This document shows positions 31,101-31,707 of a stretch of 31,707 nt of DNA, in pieces. Every line of letters starts with the position of its first letter. Position 1 is the first letter of the stretch. The DNA comes from Priapulus caudatus. Taxonomy: Eukaryota. Under the pieces are notes generated by a model that worked only from the letters and a program-made list of their open reading frames with translations, made no database searches and had not been told where the DNA came from. Where the stretch lies: the NCBI RefSeq assembly GCF_000485595.1, contig NW_014577078.1, positions 971,115 through 1,002,821 on the forward strand, read 5' to 3'. The translations under genes and the position numbers were made by a program.

Positions 31101-31449
31101 GAGCAATGTTAACTTCGCGAGCGGGTGACGATGGCGCGCAAACCAACGACCGATCTTCACGACACAAGCGTGGCGGTGGCGGCGGCGGCGGTGCGTACCT
31201 TGGTAGACGATGAGCGAGAACGGGTGCACGACCTTGATGTTGAGCGTCTGCACGTCGGAGCCGTCGAAGCGGCAGTGCTGGATGCGGTCGAGCTGTGCAT
31301 CGCACCAGTACAGCCGGTCGGCGGTAAAGTCGATGCTGAGCCCGTTCGGCCAGCCGAGCTCGCGGTTGCGGATGACGACGCGGTTGCTGCCGTCAAGGTT
31401 CGCGCTCGAGATGTTCGCCGGCCGGTCCCACTCGGAGAAGAATAGCAGT
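783..31449 (-). CDS. LRP2: LRP2/megalin-like receptor, partial multi-exon CDS (43 exons traced; both ends outside window)
   Basis: Exons join in frame at GT-AG junctions (7388 nt). Order: YWTD(end)-EGF-8xLDLa-2xEGF-4x(YWTD-EGF)-10xLDLa-2xEGF-YWTD(start), the LRP1/LRP2 architecture. Motifs [34 protein letters not shown] and FTNRYYMRN match my recollection of invertebrate megalin. Confidence 0.9.
1326..1463 (-). CDS. LRP2: exon 42: calcium-binding EGF
   Basis: ttatag / gtaagt, 138 nt; [25 protein letters not shown]. Confidence 0.93.
1883..2143 (-). CDS. LRP2: exon 41: LDLa III-10 plus EGF
   Basis: ttgcag / gtcagg, 261 nt; [12 protein letters not shown]. Confidence 0.92.
2772..2894 (-). CDS. 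LRP2: exon 40: LDLa III-9
   Basis: ctgcag / gtgagt, 123 nt; [21 protein letters not shown]. Confidence 0.93.
3245..3430. repeat. degenerate (ATATCT/ACATCT)-type hexamer repeat
   Basis: Recurrent atatct, acatct and atctat units just downstream of the exon 39 donor. Confidence 0.7.
3445..3705 (-). CDS. LRP2: exon 39: LDLa III-7 and III-8
   Basis: ttccag / gtaaga, 261 nt; [28 protein letters not shown]; the coding frame is not in the ORF track. Confidence 0.93.
3845..4664. mobile_element. HINE-like (Helentron-associated) non-autonomous element
   Basis: Starts aaacaagagg; subterminal tagctcaccttg (4046-4057) is inverted to caaggcgagcta (4649-4660); terminal hairpin 4630-4660 then an A-run; internal (TAGG)n and (GACG/GACA)n microsatellites. 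Confidence 0.65.
3893..4006. mobile_element. MITE with TACTGTATACGC...GCGTATACAGTA termini, nested in the HINE-like element
   Basis: 12-bp perfect terminal inverted repeat including TA; same family as 14094-14274 in opposite orientation. Confidence 0.8.
4970..5065 (-). pseudogene. tRNA-Asp(GTC) gene disrupted in the anticodon stem
   Basis: Minus strand TCCTCGATAGTATAGTGGTTAGTATCCC-[28-nt insert]-TGTCACGCGGGAGACCGGGGTTCAATTCCTCGTCGGGGAG, near-identical to metazoan tRNA-Asp; T5 run shortly downstream. Confidence 0.85.
5250..5400. repeat. (CCATC/GCCAT)n pentamer microsatellite inside the Helitron
   Basis: Directly visible tandem pentamers. Confidence 0.9.
5478..5559 (-). pseudogene. tRNA-Arg(CCT)-like pseudogene or SINE head inside the Helitron
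   Basis: A-box TGGCCTAATCG, CT-CCT-A anticodon-like loop, B-box GGTTCGAGTCC, 3' CTGGGG then T-runs; acceptor stem mismatched. Confidence 0.65.
5835..5947. repeat. AAG/AAC-rich low-complexity tract
   Basis: aagaacaac-type units next to the exon 38 donor. Confidence 0.75.
5953..6177 (-). CDS. LRP2: exon 38: LDLa III-5 end, III-6
   Basis: ttgcag / gtgagt, 225 nt, phase 1/1. Confidence 0.93.
6190..6290. repeat. 49-bp perfect direct duplication (period 52)
   Basis: cgtagctagttacgcggcggtgtgacgagtatggagtgatccgtggaca at 6190 and 6242. Confidence 0.95.
6542..6773 (-). CDS. LRP2: exon 37: LDLa III-3 end, III-4, start of III-5
   Basis: cggcag / gtacgt, 232 nt, phase 0/1. Confidence 0.92.
7194..7314 (-). 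CDS. LRP2: exon 36: end of LDLa III-2, start of III-3
   Basis: ctgcag / gtatgt, 121 nt, phase 2/0; [15 protein letters not shown]. Confidence 0.92.
7580..7766 (-). CDS. LRP2: exon 35: LDLa III-1 and start of III-2
   Basis: tcacag / gtacag, 187 nt, phase 1/2. Confidence 0.92.
8030..8161 (-). CDS. LRP2: exon 34: EGF-like (CSINNGGC...[10 protein letters not shown])
   Basis: tgacag / gtaagt, 132 nt, phase 1/1; not in ORF track. Confidence 0.92.
8419..8628. mobile_element. foldback MITE, Mutator-like, ~50-bp TIRs, internal TTAGGG motifs
   Basis: agggtctatgtctccctgg...gtac (from 8425) inverted to gtacc...gagacatagaccct (to 8622); flanking direct repeat ccaagtagg at 8410-8418 and 8629-8637. Confidence 0.85.
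8795..8957 (-). CDS. LRP2: exon 33: propeller 6 end (YIYWMD...RANKYTG)
   Basis: gtatag / gtaagt, 163 nt, phase 0/1. Confidence 0.92.
9095..9170 (-). CDS. LRP2: exon 32: propeller 6 ([16 protein letters not shown])
   Basis: ttctag / gtatgt, 76 nt, phase 2/0. Confidence 0.92.
9596..9757 (-). CDS. LRP2: exon 31: propeller 6 (YMYWSE...WPAGLAID...LYWAD)
   Basis: tttcag / gtaagt, 162 nt, phase 2/2. Confidence 0.93.
9900..10132. repeat. CT-rich polypyrimidine low-complexity tract
   Basis: Almost purely C/T on the plus strand with repeated ctctccctctcacccattccctttcc. Confidence 0.9.
10154..10263 (+). mobile_element. truncated copy of the hAT-like MITE family
   Basis: Near-identical to 15679-15786; ends tttttaccctg; left terminus absent. 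Confidence 0.8.
10285..10468 (-). CDS. LRP2: exon 30: propeller 6 ([15 protein letters not shown]...VLDPCEG)
   Basis: gcgcag / gtaggt, 184 nt, phase 1/2. Confidence 0.9.
11873..11989 (-). CDS. LRP2: candidate alternative exon 29B ([40 protein letters not shown])
   Basis: Pyrimidine-rich acceptor ending ttttcag with ctaac and tactgac branch motifs; donor gtaacc; open frame; same length and phase as 29A; shared YFxxxD. Confidence 0.6.
12075..12191 (-). CDS. LRP2: exon 29A: propeller 6 loop and strands ([40 protein letters not shown])
   Basis: gtacag / gtacgt, 117 nt, phase 1/1; fills the expected gap between RIFFT and GLAYDW; the donor is inferred from phase. Confidence 0.8.
13113..13268 (-). 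CDS. LRP2: exon 28: propeller 6 start ([14 protein letters not shown])
   Basis: ttgcag / gtaagt, 156 nt, phase 1/1; not in ORF track. Confidence 0.92.
13804..13926 (-). CDS. LRP2: exon 27: EGF-like
   Basis: ttgcag / gtaagt, 123 nt; [16 protein letters not shown]. Confidence 0.93.
14094..14274. mobile_element. MITE with TACTGTATACGC termini (second copy)
   Basis: Terminal inverted repeats; internal ttcgcgaa motifs; matches the reverse complement of 3893-4006. Confidence 0.8.
14478..14703 (-). CDS. LRP2: exon 26: propeller 5 end ([17 protein letters not shown])
   Basis: ttacag / gtgaga, 226 nt, phase 0/1. Confidence 0.93.
14704..15075. repeat. minisatellite, 74-82 bp unit, about 4.5 copies
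   Basis: ctgtaa unit starts at 14704, 14780, 14861, 14935 and 15017. Confidence 0.9.
15289..15596 (-). CDS. LRP2: exon 25: propeller 5 ([12 protein letters not shown])
   Basis: ttacag / gtaatg, 308 nt, phase 1/0. Confidence 0.93.
15627..15786 (+). mobile_element. hAT-like MITE (160 bp) with 8-bp TSD
   Basis: Termini CAGGG...CCCTG; exact flanking duplication ccgctgac at 15619-15626 and 15787-15794. Confidence 0.88.
15835..16297. repeat. (AG)n microsatellites either side of a duplicated segment and assembly gap
   Basis: (AG)n at about 15885-15988 and 16122-16295. Confidence 0.9.
16112..16121. other. assembly gap (10 N)
   Basis: Run of n. Confidence 1.
16360..16545 (-). CDS. LRP2: exon 24: propeller 5 (WIYWC...[16 protein letters not shown])
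   Basis: ttctag / gtacgc, 186 nt, phase 1/1. Confidence 0.92.
16786..17019 (-). CDS. LRP2: exon 23: EGF plus propeller 5 start
   Basis: ctgtag / gtaagc, 234 nt; [16 protein letters not shown]. Confidence 0.92.
17569..17794 (-). CDS. LRP2: exon 22: propeller 4 end ([15 protein letters not shown])
   Basis: gcacag / gtaagt, 226 nt, phase 0/1. Confidence 0.92.
18208..18382 (-). CDS. LRP2: exon 21: propeller 4 ([16 protein letters not shown])
   Basis: ttacag / gtaagt, 175 nt, phase 2/0. Confidence 0.93.
18423..18497. repeat. 9-bp tandem repeat (TGYTGAATA), about 8 copies
   Basis: Directly visible. Confidence 0.95.
18711..18964 (-). CDS. LRP2: exon 20: propeller 4 ([11 protein letters not shown])
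   Basis: tcgcag / gtacgt, 254 nt, phase 0/2. Confidence 0.93.
19467..19687 (-). CDS. LRP2: exon 19: propeller 4 start with Ser/Thr/Pro-rich loop
   Basis: tcacag / gtaagt, 221 nt, phase 1/0; [15 protein letters not shown]. Confidence 0.9.
20096..20221 (-). CDS. LRP2: exon 18: EGF-like
   Basis: tttcag / gtaagc, 126 nt; [16 protein letters not shown]. Confidence 0.93.
20500..20677 (-). CDS. LRP2: exon 17: propeller 3 end ([12 protein letters not shown]...HPVRQPK)
   Basis: ccctag / gtttgt, 178 nt, phase 0/1; not in ORF track. Confidence 0.92.
20969..21197 (-). CDS. LRP2: exon 16: propeller 3 (MFWTDWG...WPNGLTID)
   Basis: acacag / gtgagt, 229 nt, phase 2/0. Confidence 0.93.
21603..21787 (-). 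CDS. LRP2: exon 15: propeller 3 ([14 protein letters not shown])
   Basis: tcacag / gtaggt, 185 nt, phase 0/2. Confidence 0.93.
22101..22306 (-). CDS. LRP2: exon 14: propeller 3 start (IYWSD)
   Basis: tcacag / gtatgt, 206 nt, phase 1/0. Confidence 0.92.
22641..22766 (-). CDS. LRP2: exon 13: calcium-binding EGF
   Basis: ctgcag / gtaagt, 126 nt; [24 protein letters not shown]. Confidence 0.93.
23028..23150 (-). CDS. LRP2: exon 12: EGF-like
   Basis: ttacag / gtgcgt, 123 nt; [19 protein letters not shown]. Confidence 0.92.
23717..23845 (-). CDS. LRP2: exon 11: LDLa II-8
   Basis: tttcag / gtaaga, 129 nt; [23 protein letters not shown]. Confidence 0.93.
24434..24559 (-). CDS. LRP2: exon 10: LDLa II-7
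   Basis: atgcag / gtgagt, 126 nt; [22 protein letters not shown]. Confidence 0.93.
24820..25005. mobile_element. decayed Tc1/mariner-type MITE
   Basis: Left end tacagtcaaacctg; degenerate right end caggtttggcaata. Confidence 0.45.
25699..26115. repeat. long inverted duplication (arms 25699-25828 and 25980-26115)
   Basis: Arms are reverse complements with a few substitutions and one small indel. Confidence 0.92.
26284..26409 (-). CDS. LRP2: exon 9: LDLa II-6
   Basis: acgcag / gtatgt, 126 nt; [22 protein letters not shown]. Confidence 0.92.
26664..26800 (-). CDS. LRP2: exon 8: end of LDLa II-4 plus II-5
   Basis: taacag / gtaagt, 137 nt, phase 2/1; [23 protein letters not shown]. Confidence 0.92.
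27082..27181 (-). CDS. LRP2: exon 7: LDLa II-4 (split within the SDE motif)
   Basis: ttgcag / gtgatt, 100 nt, phase 1/2; [29 protein letters not shown]. Confidence 0.92.
27339..27458 (-). CDS. LRP2: exon 6: LDLa II-3
   Basis: tcacag / gtaagt, 120 nt; [21 protein letters not shown]. Confidence 0.93.
27997..28113 (-). CDS. LRP2: exon 5: LDLa II-2
   Basis: ttgcag / gtaagt, 117 nt; [14 protein letters not shown]...[11 protein letters not shown]. Confidence 0.93.
28147..29285. repeat. compound minisatellite: 23-bp units flanking a block of 17-bp units
   Basis: catggagactcaggtagaatgag (23) and catggwgactcakgcag (17). Confidence 0.95.
29614..29775 (-). CDS. LRP2: exon 4: EGF end plus LDLa II-1
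   Basis: tcacag / gtaaga, 162 nt; [13 protein letters not shown]...[16 protein letters not shown]. Confidence 0.93.
30179..30295 (-). CDS. LRP2: exon 3: EGF-like ([18 protein letters not shown]...[10 protein letters not shown])
   Basis: gtgcag / gtaagc, 117 nt, phase 1/1; not in ORF track. Confidence 0.92.
30404..30550 (-). CDS. LRP2: exon 2: end of propeller ([12 protein letters not shown]...[12 protein letters not shown])
   Basis: caacag / gtaaga, 147 nt, phase 1/1. Confidence 0.93.
30875..31160. repeat. 65-bp minisatellite, about 4.3 copies
   Basis: cgcgcaaac unit starts near 30875, 30940, 31005, 31070 and 31135. Confidence 0.92.
31199..31449 (-). CDS. LRP2: exon 1 in window: YWTD propeller ([15 protein letters not shown]...[12 protein letters not shown]...HPFSLIVYQ)
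   Basis: ccacag acceptor, gtacgc donor, 251 nt, phase 2/1. Confidence 0.93.
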
Positions 31450-31707
31450 CTGTGGAGGAGGAACGAAGAGTTCTATACATGGGAGGCACGCTGAGGAGGA
31501 GGAACGGAGAGTTCTACACATGGGAGGCACGCTGAGGAGGAGGAACGGAGAGTTCTACACATGGGAGGCATGCTGAGGAGGAGGAGGAACGGAGAGTTCT
31601 ATACATGGGAGGCACGCTGTGGAGGAGGAACGGAGAGTTCTACACATGGGAGGCATGCTGAGGAGGAGGAACGGAGAGTTCTACACATGGGAGGCATGCT
31701 GAGGAGG
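31450..31707. repeat. ~40-bp minisatellite starting at the exon 1 acceptor and running off the window
   Basis: gaggaggaacggagagttctacacatgggaggcaygct repeated 6 times. Confidence 0.95.

Noticed and set aside
783..31449. Assignment to LRP1
   Set aside because: Cluster sizes 8 and 10 fit both LRP1 and LRP2, but recalled motifs favour megalin; a reciprocal BLAST or tree would be decisive.

Overview
Eukaryotic (invertebrate animal, species not identifiable here) genomic DNA lying entirely inside one large minus-strand, intron-rich gene encoding an LRP2/megalin-type giant LDL-receptor-family protein. Both gene ends are outside the window. I traced 43 GT-AG exons with consistent phases from 31449 down to 783 (7388 nt, about 2460 codons, no stops). 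They encode the end of a YWTD propeller, an EGF, 8 LDLa repeats (cluster II), 2 EGF, four YWTD propeller/EGF units, 10 LDLa repeats (cluster III), 2 EGF and the start of the next propeller. The most interesting observation is a candidate extra exon (11873-11989) absent from the ORF track. It has the same length (117 nt) and phase (1/1) as its neighbour (12075-12191) and shares a YFxxxD motif, suggesting a mutually exclusive exon pair that swaps a loop of propeller 6. The 85-nt intron between them has a branch-point motif 42 nt from the donor, and hairpins lie nearby. Introns hold a Helitron carrying a tRNA-like fragment, a HINE-like element with a nested MITE, a disrupted tRNA-Asp gene, hAT- and Mutator-like MITEs with TSDs, a ~130-bp inverted duplication, several mini/microsatellites and a 10-N gap with a duplicated exon end. 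Exon GC3 is strikingly mosaic. No prokaryotic system or CRISPR array is present.
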